Made by a program: the position numbers and the translations under genes. Of a stretch of 42,106 nt of DNA, positions 1 to 9,017 are shown piece after piece (position 1 is the stretch's first letter; the number at the start of each line of letters is the position of its first letter). The stretch comes from Candidatus Pacearchaeota archaeon (lineage in GTDB: Archaea > Nanobdellota > Nanobdellia > Pacearchaeales > GW2011-AR1): NCBI GenBank assembly GCA_002687255.1, contig NYZR01000013.1, forward strand, positions 1 to 42,106. Direction: 5' to 3'. The notes under the pieces are model-generated. The model was not told the DNA's origin. It did not search any database and saw only the letters and a program-made list of their open reading frames with translations.

Positions 1-165
1 GGCGAGACGCTGGGCGCGTGGGCGTTGACCGAGCCGGCGGCCGGCAGCGACGCGGGCGCCACCCGCACCACGGCCGCTCGTGACGGCGAGACGTGGGTGC
101 TGAACGGCGTCAAGACCTTCACGACGCATGGCGGCCTCGGAGGCGTGATGGTGGTCGTGGCGGTG
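1..165 (+). other. High-GC acyl-CoA dehydrogenase fragment (probably foreign, chimeric contig end)
   Basis: Frame 1 reads [44 protein letters not shown], matching the ACAD ALTEPxAGSD and WVLNGxKxF motifs; 91 of the first 120 bases are G/C versus 29/60 at 181-240. Confidence 0.8.
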
Positions 166-609
166 ATCTTTCTGGTGTTCTTAGGGATTAGTTTAAGGAA
201 TCCTGTGGTTGAAGTGGGGAAGGAGAGTCGAGAGGTGCAGATGTTCTTGAGTTCTTTGCTGGATATAAGTTCGGATTGTGCTTTGGGCTTTGAGCCGAAT
301 TTTGCTGATGTGGATACGTTGATTAGTGAGTGTCATCAGAGTAGTGGGAAGAAGTGCGTGGATGATCGGAGGGTTTGCGATATTGCTGAGGAGGTTGTTG
401 GTGCTGCTCTAAAACAGGGTTGGCATGTGGGGAATGCAAGTGTGTTGAAAGGGTATGAGTTCGTGGTGGTGTATGCTACTAATGGGTCTGAGGATGTTTC
501 TGTTTTGGGTGTTTCTGAGGGGAATTGTGTTGGTGAAAAGAGTGGGGCGAGCACGGTTCGGCCGGCGTTTCCGGGGACTTTAGTGACGAAGATGGAGCTT
601 TGCTATTGA
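148..609 (+). CDS. Membrane-anchored hypothetical protein, 5'-truncated
   Basis: Hydrophobic [12 protein letters not shown] followed by a Cys-containing domain; G+T-rich codon usage like the rest of the window; true start lost at the junction. Confidence 0.6.
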   Translation: MVVVAVIFLVFLGISLRNPVVEVGKESREVQMFLSSLLDISSDCALGFEPNFADVDTLISECHQSSGKKCVDDRRVCDIAEEVVGAALKQGWHVGNASVLKGYEFVVVYATNGSEDVSVLGVSEGNCVGEKSGASTVRPAFPGTLVTKMELCY

Positions 610-617
610 GGACGTGG

Positions 618-977
618 TTAGATTTTTAGGTGGATGTTGATGCTGTCTACTACTACGACCGGTTTCAGGCGTTCTCGGTTCCCCGTTTTCTCGGCGATCA
701 TGTCGATGAAGCCGAATCTGTCCAGTAATTTGATGTCCTGAGAGACGGATTTGAAGTCTCTTTTGAGGATTTTGGCGAGTTCGTAGATGGATCCTGGTTT
801 TTTTACCTTGATGACATGTAGCATGCGGGCTTTTTCGTTGTTGAGGAGTCTTCTGAGAGCTGTGAGGCCTTCGAAATCATAATCTTTCTTCTCTCCTGCA
901 AATCTTTTGAAGATCACATTGAATGATCCCTCTTTGTCGACGATAAAAATTTCTCTGATCTTTGTTTTTGGTGCCAT
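618..977 (-). CDS. Predicted wHTH transcriptional regulator (COG4190/HVO_A0114-like)
   Basis: PGSIYELAKILKRDFKSVSQDIKLLDRFGFI helix-turn-helix; ATG 977 chosen from spacing to the TATA-like run at ~1000-1010. Confidence 0.75.
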   Translation of the reverse strand: MAPKTKIREIFIVDKEGSFNVIFKRFAGEKKDYDFEGLTALRRLLNNEKARMLHVIKVKKPGSIYELAKILKRDFKSVSQDIKLLDRFGFIDMIAEKTGNRERLKPVVVVDSINIHLKI

Positions 978-1344
978 GATATATATGGGGTTGTCCATAC
1001 CTTATATACCTTTTGGTTCTTATGGGAATGGGGGGGTTTTTTAGCCCCATATTTCTTTTTATCTGGTTGAGAATACCCCACATGGTGGAATTGCGTCCTT
1101 TGTTGTGTTCCCTTAGGCTTGTTTTCACTGCTAGTGACACCGGAAGCTTTATAAACTGGAATATAGCTTTCCTCAGTAAAGGGTGTTATTTAGGGGTTAA
1201 TTGGGCAAAGCTTTTTAAAGGGATATTTTCTCGTGTATATACTCTTACAGTTAAGCTGTATGACAGGTGGCTGTATACACCACTTCCTCTATGAGGCGCC
1301 CTTCGGCGGTCAAAGAGCTGAAAACTGAAAGGGGGTTTAATATA

Positions 1345-3774
1345 ATGAAAAAATATGTTTATCGGATTGCGTCTGTTGTCGCGAGTGCGGCCCTTCTAGG
1401 TTCTACTGCAGCTTTGGCTGCCGCAGCAAGTTACCCAGCTCCTTTCGTTCAGAATGGTGCTGCTGATGTTGCTGTTGTTTGGGGTGCAAATGCTGCACCT
1501 ACTGATTTAGTAGCAGTGGCTGACATTACGTCTCACTTGCAGGCTGAGCTTGCTTCACAGACAGCAACCGGTGGCGGTACTGGTCCCTCCAGTGTATCTG
1601 GTGGTGATTTCGTTCAACTTTCTAAGTCGAGCGATAACATCAACCTGAGAGATAACGTGAACACCGTATTCGGTGCGACGGTCGATGATGAAGACCTGGG
1701 CACGTTGCTCGCAGATGGGACGTACCGTAACGACGAAAACACTGAGTTCGATTTCGAACAAAAGATTAGCCTTGGTACGAATTTGATTTTGAGCTTCTTT
1801 GCTGACTCGGACCACAATAGTAAGGAACCATCCGTTGGTTTCAACCTGAGCTCTAACGTTCATGTGTTGAACTATTCTGTTGATTTCCTAACTGATGCTG
1901 AGTCTGATGTGAGCGGCGGAGATCTTGTTGATATTGAGACGACTGATCTTACCATTCTAGGTAAGACCTACTACGTTCTTGACTTTGACAACTCTACGTT
2001 GAAGCTTACCCTTTTGGATTCTGCTGCCAAGCTAAATCTTGTTGAGGGTGCATCCGAAACTGTTTCCTTTAACGGAAAGAGTTACGATGTTAGTATTAAC
2101 TTCGTAGGATCTGCTACTCAAACAAGAATTAACGTGGACGGCGAAATCACTAACACACTAAATGTTGGTGAGACTTACCGACTGAGCGATGGAACGTATG
2201 TGGGTGTCAGAGATATCCTATACGACTCCAAAGACAGTGGCGTGAGCAAAGTTGACGTGAGCCTTGGTTCTGGTAAAGTAGAGATTGAGAACGCAGTGGA
2301 CATCCAGTTGAATGATGAAACCATTAGTGGTGTTTCTGGGTTCGTTGCACGAGGCTCCGTAACAGGAGGTAAAGAGACCATTGATAAAATCCAAATTGAA
2401 TGGAATACCGATGAAGAAGAGTTTGTTTCCCCAGGAAGCGACTTGACCTTCCCCGGCTTTGGTGCTGTAAAGCTCTCCATGGGAGAGTTTGTGCGACCTA
2501 CACAGGAAGTTATTGAAATCACGAATGATGGAACTGACTCTATGGAGTTGAAGGTTCCTATCAAAGACGGAACAGTAACAATTCCACTTCTTGGTGCTAA
2601 CTCGACAGGTGAATACGTCCGAATTGGTGGCGACGCAGCCGATCAAATCCTGAGAACTAAATCAGATGATCGAGCTAACTTGATCTTTAATATCTCTGCC
2701 TCAGGCAGTAGTAATAAGGACAAGTATTTTGTTGCTTCCTATAACACATCCCGTGACGCAGAGTCTTATCTCTTGCGAGCGAGTGTTGTGGTAAAGGACG
2801 GTAAAAACAAGACCACGGTTCAAAAGAACGTCGGTGGGACTTGGGTTGATACCTGTACTGATAAGTCCAACGGAGATAGTTGTAGTATCGGAAACGTAGA
2901 GTTAACAATTAACGATGTGTATAAGCTGAGTGATGACAAATATGTCAACTTCACCGCTGGTACCAATGTTGATTTCAACACCTTATTTACGAAGGAAGGT
3001 TTGGCTATTCACTTGCCTTATGAAGTGAACGGCTCTGGCTTGCTTGGTGGTGTTGGTACAATTAACTTTACACAAGGATCTGCTGTTGCAGGTCACAGTT
3101 CTGACACGTTCGATCTTACCTTCGTTGAGGAGGATAAGGACGGAAATGTTGGTGCTGGTAACCGATTCAACGTCACGTTGAATGATCAGTCTGACGGCGA
3201 TGTCGAAGTAAGCGCAATTGTTCCAGGTTCTGACACACACAAGGAGATAGATGACGACAACAATGTTGTTGCCCTAGTTCAATCTGATCTCGCATCTCAG
3301 ATGCGAAGGATTGGAGATTCTAGCTCCCAGCGACAAGCAGAAGTTACTTACTACGGTGAGGAAACTTATGCTGACGTCTTTTTGACTGCAGTTGGTGCCA
3401 ACGTAGTTGGTGGCGGCGGTAGTGGAGGCGGTTCTGTCCTTGGGTCAGTCTCTGTTTCAGATGCTGAAGTTGCTTCTGTTGCAGGTAAGAACTTGATTGT
3501 CGTTGGTGGTAGCTGTGTGAACAGTGTAGCTGCAGATTTGGTTGGCGGTGCTCTATGTGGTGCTGACTGGGAAGCTGCTACGGGTGTTGGCGCAGGTCAG
3601 TATTTGATTCAAACGTTCTCCCGAAGTGGGGGCAACGTTGCTACTCTTGTAGCAGGATACAATGCTGGTGATACTACGAACGCTGCTAAATACGCTACTA
3701 CCCAGACGGTTGATACGTCTGTAGGTAAGAAGTATGTCGGTACGACTGCCACAACTGCAAGCATGGTTGCTTAA
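1345..3774 (+). CDS. Major S-layer protein
   Basis: Signal peptide, N-terminal YPAPFVQNGAADVAVVWGA, C-terminal KNLIVVGGSCVNSVAA...LVAGYNAGDT (euryarchaeal/DPANN S-layer terminal domains); many N-x-S/T sites; highly expressed codon style. Confidence 0.88.
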   Translation: MKKYVYRIASVVASAALLGSTAALAAAASYPAPFVQNGAADVAVVWGANAAPTDLVAVADITSHLQAELASQTATGGGTGPSSVSGGDFVQLSKSSDNINLRDNVNTVFGATVDDEDLGTLLADGTYRNDENTEFDFEQKISLGTNLILSFFADSDHNSKEPSVGFNLSSNVHVLNYSVDFLTDAESDVSGGDLVDIETTDLTILGKTYYVLDFDNSTLKLTLLDSAAKLNLVEGASETVSFNGKSYDVSINFVGSATQTRINVDGEITNTLNVGETYRLSDGTYVGVRDILYDSKDSGVSKVDVSLGSGKVEIENAVDIQLNDETISGVSGFVARGSVTGGKETIDKIQIEWNTDEEEFVSPGSDLTFPGFGAVKLSMGEFVRPTQEVIEITNDGTDSMELKVPIKDGTVTIPLLGANSTGEYVRIGGDAADQILRTKSDDRANLIFNISASGSSNKDKYFVASYNTSRDAESYLLRASVVVKDGKNKTTVQKNVGGTWVDTCTDKSNGDSCSIGNVELTINDVYKLSDDKYVNFTAGTNVDFNTLFTKEGLAIHLPYEVNGSGLLGGVGTINFTQGSAVAGHSSDTFDLTFVEEDKDGNVGAGNRFNVTLNDQSDGDVEVSAIVPGSDTHKEIDDDNNVVALVQSDLASQMRRIGDSSSQRQAEVTYYGEETYADVFLTAVGANVVGGGGSGGGSVLGSVSVSDAEVASVAGKNLIVVGGSCVNSVAADLVGGALCGADWEAATGVGAGQYLIQTFSRSGGNVATLVAGYNAGDTTNAAKYATTQTVDTSVGKKYVGTTATTASMVA

Positions 3775-3785
3775 TCTACCTTAAT

Positions 3786-3835
3786 GGGGCTTTTGCCCCT
3801 TTTTTCTTTTTTTTCTTTTTTCTTTCTTTTCTCTC
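3786..3835 (+). terminator. Hairpin plus long U-tract terminator after the S-layer gene
   Basis: GGGGC-TTTT-GCCCC followed by about 30 nt of T/C. Confidence 0.7.
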
Positions 3836-3880
3836 TCGGTTGAGGGAATGTTTTTATAGCCGTTCTTTCTTGGTGCTTGT

Positions 3881-4495
3881 ATGAGAGCAGTTGGCACAGA
3901 AGCGCAGCTTGATCGGAGTAGAAAGCGGAATGGGATTATTATTAGTGTGTTGATGTTAGTGTTGTTGGTGGCTAGCTCTGTTGGGTTTGCTTTTCTTTCG
4001 AGTAATCATACGAGTGGTTCTCAGCAAGTTGCTGGGTCTGAGGGCGCTTATGAGGGTTCTGGTGTTGGGGGTTGGGTAGTTCCTGTTCTTGGTCGGGAAG
4101 TAAGGTTGACGTTTGGTCTTGAAGAAGTTGCTGAGATCCCTGTTGCTTTGACGACAGGTATAGAAGCGTATCAAGGGAAGACCTTGTATCTTGCGGTGGA
4201 GAATCCTGGGATCGAGGCAGAGTTGCGGAGCACTATTGGAGTCTTCACTGATCGGATTCAATTGGCTTGCTACGGGGAATGTGAGTTGGATTTGCCGGAG
4301 AAGGATTGTTCGGAGAACGTGATTGTCTGGACGGATGGCGTTGCCGAAGCAAGTTCGGCAGGCCCTCGCAGCTCGGACAAGGTGAACGCTGCTTCGGACG
4401 TTGGCGGGCAGGTGACGCAGGGAGAAGGGTGTGTGTTTATTGAAGGAGATTTAAGGGCTGTTGATGCTTTTCTTTATAAGGTGTTTGGTTACTAA
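3881..4495 (+). CDS. Membrane-anchored hypothetical protein carrying an in-frame palindromic insert
   Basis: N-terminal TM helix; Cys motif ACYGECELDLPEKDC; TATA-like TTTTTATA at ~3851-3858. Confidence 0.75.
   Translation: MRAVGTEAQLDRSRKRNGIIISVLMLVLLVASSVGFAFLSSNHTSGSQQVAGSEGAYEGSGVGGWVVPVLGREVRLTFGLEEVAEIPVALTTGIEAYQGKTLYLAVENPGIEAELRSTIGVFTDRIQLACYGECELDLPEKDCSENVIVWTDGVAEASSAGPRSSDKVNAASDVGGQVTQGEGCVFIEGDLRAVDAFLYKVFGY
4342..4398 (+). repeat. Two-hairpin palindromic element, copy A1 (in frame in CDS)
   Basis: 52/57 identical to 36925-36981; TGCCGAA-gcaag-TTCGGCA followed by a GCAGC...GCTGC stem. Confidence 0.9.
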
Positions 4496-4498
4496 ACA

Positions 4499-4519
4499 GA
4501 AACTGTGTCACACAGTTTC
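4499..4519. repeat. Perfect 9-bp palindrome with 3-nt loop just after a stop codon
   Basis: GAAACTGTG-tca-CACAGTTTC. Confidence 0.7.
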
Positions 4520-4564
4520 ATGTATTAGTCGAAAGATTTAAGAGGGCTTGGTTGATAGAAGATT

Positions 4565-5209
4565 ATGGCGGCTAGAAAGAAGAAAGAAAAACCATTGTTG
4601 GCTAAAGAGACCAAACACATCTTGATCGGTCTTGCTGTTTTGGCGGTGTTGTTTTTGATTTTGACGTCGGTGTTTGGCAAGTTGGGGACGTTTGAGTATG
4701 AGGGTATGACGTTTGTTCAAGAGAAGTTTGGACAGTTGGATGTGTTCCGGTATACGTATTTTTATGAGGGGATTGAAGGAGATATTCTCCAGTATAACAT
4801 GTTCCTGCGGGTTGACCCTAGGACGAATGAGGTTCCGGTGACGGGCGAGATCGAGCTGCCGGCGAAGAGTCGGCAGATGTATGTGAGTATTGATACTACA
4901 GGGATGGCTCAGTGTGAGTTGAGTGCTGTAGGGATTTCTAGTTTGTCGGCGTTCTTGACGAATAATCAGTATCCTGTGAAGGGGGCGACGCCGTTTGAGG
5001 CAGAGGCGGAGTTGAGAGATATTCCTTTTGCTGACTGCCAGAGCCATCCGGAGAATGCTGTTTTCGTTGTGAAGACTGGTGATGAGACGAAGGTGGAGAA
5101 GCAAGGGAATTTCTGTTGGGTGTTGCAGGCTGCGGATTGTGAGATTGTTGAGGTAGTGGAGAAGTTTGAGGTTGAAACTATTATTCAGGCTAGGGCGAGA
5201 GAGGCTTAG
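4565..5209 (+). CDS. Membrane-anchored hypothetical protein
   Basis: Basic N-terminus, one TM helix, Cys-containing extracellular domain; architecture similar to the upstream gene. Confidence 0.75.
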   Translation: MAARKKKEKPLLAKETKHILIGLAVLAVLFLILTSVFGKLGTFEYEGMTFVQEKFGQLDVFRYTYFYEGIEGDILQYNMFLRVDPRTNEVPVTGEIELPAKSRQMYVSIDTTGMAQCELSAVGISSLSAFLTNNQYPVKGATPFEAEAELRDIPFADCQSHPENAVFVVKTGDETKVEKQGNFCWVLQAADCEIVEVVEKFEVETIIQARAREA

Positions 5210-5210
5210 T

Positions 5211-5745
5211 CTAAATAAATTGTAAGAGGCCACTTAGCATTTTTATCTTCATTTTTATTCCCCTCACGACGGGGTTCTTTCTTGTATGATGTTCAGTTTC
5301 TACAAGGATTGCATCAATTCCTTTGTCTCTCGCTGATTTGTAGTCCCAGAAGTAATTATCACCAACCATTAACGCTTTGCTCTTTGGTATATTTCTTTTC
5401 TTGAGAATTTTTAGGATAAGATCTCCTTTGGCCTCGTGCAGAGTTTGAGTTGCATGCACCTCGTCAAAGAGGTCTTTGAGGTTGAATAGTTTGACTTTCT
5501 CATTCAGCACTTCTTGAGCCTCCCTTGGAGGGTGTGGGTGAGTTGAGAGGATGACAGTTAGTATGCCTTTCCTTCTTATCTTCCTTAATGTTGAAATTGT
5601 TGTTGGGGTTAATGTGAAGTGTTTGTTATGCTCCTTATGGCCTCCTGGAAGTTGATAGACTCACCAGGCTCCTTCTTTGTGTTTTGTCTTCTTAGGATAC
5701 CAAATTGTTCCATCACCGTCGAAGAAGATTATTTTCTTTTTTCAT
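5211..5745 (-). pseudogene. HAD-superfamily hydrolase, disrupted
   Basis: Motif I IIFFDGDGT and motif IV MVGDNYFWD share one frame, but there is an in-frame TGA at 5661-5663 and ATG 5745 is out of frame by one extra A in an A6 run. Confidence 0.75.
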
Positions 5746-6368
5746 TTTTTCTGTCTCTTCTTTTTGAGCAGATACACCAGGATAATCAGAAGGATAACTG
5801 CAAGCGTGGCCAGCGTTATGGTTGAAAGATGTTGATGCAAGACAGCTTCGTTTTCTCCGAAGAGTATGCCGAGGTAGACGAGGATGGCAGACCAGATGCC
5901 TGCTCCTGCTGCGGTGTATGCTATGAACTTGCCTAGGTGCATTTTGGCGAAGCCTGCCGGGAGAGAGATGAGTTGTCTGATGCCTGGGATAAGTCTGCCG
6001 GTGAATGTGGTGATGGCTCCGTGTTTTTGGAAGTAGTCATCTGACTTTTTGATGCTTTCATTTGAGATGAATAAGAACTTGCCGTATTTGTCTGCTAGTC
6101 TCGAGGCCGCTCTGCGGCCGAGATGGAGGGCGAGGGCGTAGTTGATGAGGGCTCCTGCGATTGAGCCGAGAATGGCTACTAGTAAGACTATGATGAAACT
6201 CATCTGACCACGGGCTATGAGGACGCCTGCGGGGATGAGTGAGGCTTCGCTCGGGAAGGGGATGAATGAAGATTCTATGGCCATCAGGATGAAGAGCCCG
6301 AGGTAGCCGAGGGAATCTATGAGAGAGATAAGCCATTCGAGTGCTTGAGGGATGAATTCTAGAGGCAT
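5742..6368 (-). CDS. dedA: DedA family membrane protein
   Basis: MAIESSFIPFPSE and FTGRLIPGIRQLISLPAG motifs; start at MPLEF from promoter spacing. Confidence 0.9.
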   Translation of the reverse strand: MPLEFIPQALEWLISLIDSLGYLGLFILMAIESSFIPFPSEASLIPAGVLIARGQMSFIIVLLVAILGSIAGALINYALALHLGRRAASRLADKYGKFLFISNESIKKSDDYFQKHGAITTFTGRLIPGIRQLISLPAGFAKMHLGKFIAYTAAGAGIWSAILVYLGILFGENEAVLHQHLSTITLATLAVILLIILVYLLKKKRQKK

Positions 6369-6372
6369 GTGT

Positions 6373-6675
6373 TCAGGAAGGGGGGAAGGTATAAGAAGGT
6401 TCTTGTTTTGTTTTTTCTCTGAGTGCCTCAATTCTTTCTGTCGTTGATGCCATCTTTTTTCTATTGTTTCTGAGAGCCTCAGTTATCTCTTCAGTCATGA
6501 GAATTGCGCCACGGATGGTTGCTGCCCTTCGTTGTCCATGTGTGAGTAATTCCAGACCTTCTGGGAAATTATCCCCTGCCCCTGGACATTCATGATGCAA
6601 ATATCTGAGAAGATGCCCTTTGTGTTGGTCGGAGAGAGACCAATAGGCCTGTTGTATTGCTCCCAGATGTCCCAT
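6373..6675 (-). CDS. Hypothetical protein
   Basis: 100-aa ORF filling the gap, TATA-like run upstream. Confidence 0.45.
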   Translation of the reverse strand: MGHLGAIQQAYWSLSDQHKGHLLRYLHHECPGAGDNFPEGLELLTHGQRRAATIRGAILMTEEITEALRNNRKKMASTTERIEALREKTKQEPSYTFPPS

Positions 6676-6730
6676 TGAAGGTTATCTCTTTTTATGTTTA
6701 TAAGATTTTGCTATTTTCGAAAAATTCTCT

Positions 6731-7741
6731 TTAGGTATAACGCCAACCATGTTTATCTCCGGCGGAAAGTTTGTTATTTCTCCATGAATTTATCCAACCT
6801 GGAACATCCCCATTTACCACAATATACTTTCCGGCTATTTTAATACGTGCGGAGCTGGGCTGTTTAATTTTTCCCATGGATGCTGCATGACCCTCAACAC
6901 ATAGAGATCCTCCCCCTGCCTTGTCTCCCGTAAACTCTCCGGATGACCCTCCGATCATTATTTCTCCCGTTCCTTCATTCATATGGTCTCCTGCGTAACC
7001 TCCGGCGTTTCCCCTAATTTCAAGAGTTCCTGCTCGCATGTATGGGCCTGCATGATCTCCGGCTGAACCCATCACTTTTGTGGATCCTCCCCTTGCCCCG
7101 TAATTGATATGGGAACTTGCACTTCCTTCATGGATGATAATGTCTCCGTCAGTTTTATTTTTTCCGGCGTAATTCCCCAGAGAGCCTCCAGATATTACCT
7201 TTCCCCCTTTTTGTCCTTCCGCAAGATTATCTCCTGCCCCGTTAAGATAAGTTATTTCTCCACCTGTTATGCCAATTGCTGCGCAATTTCCTGCCTTGTT
7301 CTTAACAATTACTCGCCCTCCCGTCATGCCTCTGAAGGAATGATGGCCTGGGTCTCCCAAAACGGTGAGGTTGGTAGAATTCCGGAATCCTATGTGATCA
7401 TTGGAGAATCTTGCTTGGTTGAGATCAAGTGTTAGGTCGGACTCTGATGTGTGTCTGGCATTGCAGTATGCCGAAATGATTTCTGCAGCATGTGCCCTCA
7501 TACTTGTATTATTTTCTGTGCTTAGAGCTTCTACAAGTTTGTCGAGCATGACTTGGGAGCCCTCATTAAAGTCTTTTATTCGAAGGATAGATTCCAGGGT
7601 GCTGTGAAAATCTATCCCGTCCCCACCTTTATCATCTATTTCAAGTGCCTGTGCGAGGATCCCTCCAATATCGAGAGCGCCCTCCTTGTATGATCTTAGC
7701 CCTTCCCTTGGCGGTTCCGCAAGTGATGTGTCGGATGACAT
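6731..7741 (-). CDS. GXGXG beta-helix protein (FwdC / GltB C-terminal-like repeats)
   Basis: Repeated G-x-A-G-x-x-x-G-x-x-M-x-G-G-x-I units, e.g. GSAGDHAGPYMRAGTLEIRGNAGGYAGDHM. Confidence 0.8.
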   Translation of the reverse strand: MSSDTSLAEPPREGLRSYKEGALDIGGILAQALEIDDKGGDGIDFHSTLESILRIKDFNEGSQVMLDKLVEALSTENNTSMRAHAAEIISAYCNARHTSESDLTLDLNQARFSNDHIGFRNSTNLTVLGDPGHHSFRGMTGGRVIVKNKAGNCAAIGITGGEITYLNGAGDNLAEGQKGGKVISGGSLGNYAGKNKTDGDIIIHEGSASSHINYGARGGSTKVMGSAGDHAGPYMRAGTLEIRGNAGGYAGDHMNEGTGEIMIGGSSGEFTGDKAGGGSLCVEGHAASMGKIKQPSSARIKIAGKYIVVNGDVPGWINSWRNNKLSAGDKHGWRYT

Positions 7742-7819
7742 GTTTCCTCATCGTAGGTTGTTCTTTTAAATATTATGGTGATGGGGAAAGTTTATATACT
7801 GATTATTCTGGAACGGTTG

Positions 7820-8044
7820 ATGAATCAAAGAGATGTTGACACCAGCAAGATGAGTTATCTCGAGTTCAGAGAGTTTGCTAGAAAGTATGAGGGGGGTGAG
7901 ACAGAAGATCCGGGCAGTCATGAAAGTTCAGAAGGTGAGCTTCGAGCCGATCCCCCGAGGCTCTCTACAAAGGATGGCAAATATTTTCCAGACCCTTTTG
8001 GTAGCTCTCCTTTTCTTTCAGGCACCATCCTCAGAGAAAGCTAA
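7820..8044 (+). CDS. Hypothetical protein
   Basis: ATG about 20 nt after GAAAGTTTATATA. Confidence 0.45.
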   Translation: MNQRDVDTSKMSYLEFREFARKYEGGETEDPGSHESSEGELRADPPRLSTKDGKYFPDPFGSSPFLSGTILRES

Positions 8045-8054
8045 TTTTCTTTCT

Positions 8055-8576
8055 TCAAGATTTCTTTATGTTAGGGTGTATAATACCTCGGATGTCTGTG
8101 TAGATGGGAATGGCTTTGATGCGGAAGATCTTGATGTTGGCTAGCCAGAGGATTGCTACGAGGGCTGTGGAGCCGAGATACCAGGTGAGCTGGTGTGTGA
8201 GGTCGAAGTAGGCATAGCCGACGAAGAGCAGTTTGGCGAATATGAGGATCCTTAGTGTGTTTATGACAAGAAAGCTTGCTAGTAAGAAGATCAGCGATTG
8301 GAGACGCTTTGTGAGGGGCATGGGGGTGGTGAGATTGAGCGCTGTGAGTGCGTAGTAAGCTGCTCCTGCGACGCATGCCGGGATGATGGATGCGTAGTAT
8401 CCTTTGAAGAATATCGTGTTTCCTTCTAGGAGGACTGCTGAGTATGCTTGTTGGAGGACGAAGAAGACAGGGTGGACTGTGAGGGGAGTGAAGATGGTGT
8501 AGAAGAGCCAGAGGTTTCCTAGACTGAGGAGGATGAGGAGAGAGTAGCGGAGGGCTATTGATCTGAGGAGTTGCAT
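8055..8576 (-). CDS. Archaeosortase/exosortase family protein (pacearchaeosortase-like)
   Basis: Multi-TM protein with Cys (IIPACVAG), Arg (INTLRI) and His (FDLTH) in the expected catalytic order. Confidence 0.8.
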   Translation of the reverse strand: MQLLRSIALRYSLLILLSLGNLWLFYTIFTPLTVHPVFFVLQQAYSAVLLEGNTIFFKGYYASIIPACVAGAAYYALTALNLTTPMPLTKRLQSLIFLLASFLVINTLRILIFAKLLFVGYAYFDLTHQLTWYLGSTALVAILWLANIKIFRIKAIPIYTDIRGIIHPNIKKS

Positions 8577-8602
8577 GCTTGTTTCAGGAGAAGGGGATTT
8601 AA

Positions 8603-9016
8603 TTAGTCTTGTGCGCCATTGTTCTCTCTGATACTGCTGAGGACTACAGGTATCTTTCCGTTTACCTTTATGAGGTTTTGAATCAGCACTGCGCTCGTTA
8701 CGTCAGTTCCTCTGAGCATTTTATCATATTTTCCATCAAGGACTATTAATTGCGTCGCTGTCTCTGTTCCCAAGAGGTTATAATCATCTCTGAAAAGGAA
8801 ATCTTCTGTTGCTAATCTTCTCCCCTTGGGTGTGTGATTTAGCGCAGGATCTTGAATTTTCCGCTTGTATATCTCTCTTGCCTCTTCCCAGGGTATCCCC
8901 TTGTCTGAATCGTCTGAGAAAGCCTCTAAAAGTCTGCTGTGTTCCTCTGCGGAGAGAGCGGTAGCAGGATCAAAATAATTTAAATTTTCTAACGTTGGCC
9001 GAGGAGAACGGGGCAT
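8603..9016 (-). CDS. Hypothetical protein (accessory)
   Basis: 137-aa ORF starting 1 nt after the upstream stop; distinct codon usage. Confidence 0.6.
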   Translation of the reverse strand: MPRSPRPTLENLNYFDPATALSAEEHSRLLEAFSDDSDKGIPWEEAREIYKRKIQDPALNHTPKGRRLATEDFLFRDDYNLLGTETATQLIVLDGKYDKMLRGTDVTSAVLIQNLIKVNGKIPVVLSSIRENNGAQD

Positions 9017-9017
9017 C

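Noticed and set aside
25..609. 194-aa ORF as a genuine acyl-CoA dehydrogenase or real fusion
   Set aside because: Only about 55 aa are ACAD-like and the composition breaks sharply; a chimera is more parsimonious
5661..5744. Genome-wide TGA recoding
   Set aside because: TGA acts as a normal stop elsewhere (e.g. the ATGA overlap at 21044-21047) and TGG encodes Trp throughout
6731..7741. Formylmethanofuran dehydrogenase or glutamate synthase activity
   Set aside because: Only the GXGXG structural repeat is present and no other subunits are nearby
7910..7950. AAGTTCA-gaagg-TGAGCTT hairpin as a family member
   Set aside because: Too short and lacks hairpin 1 and the GC-flanked stem; could be chance
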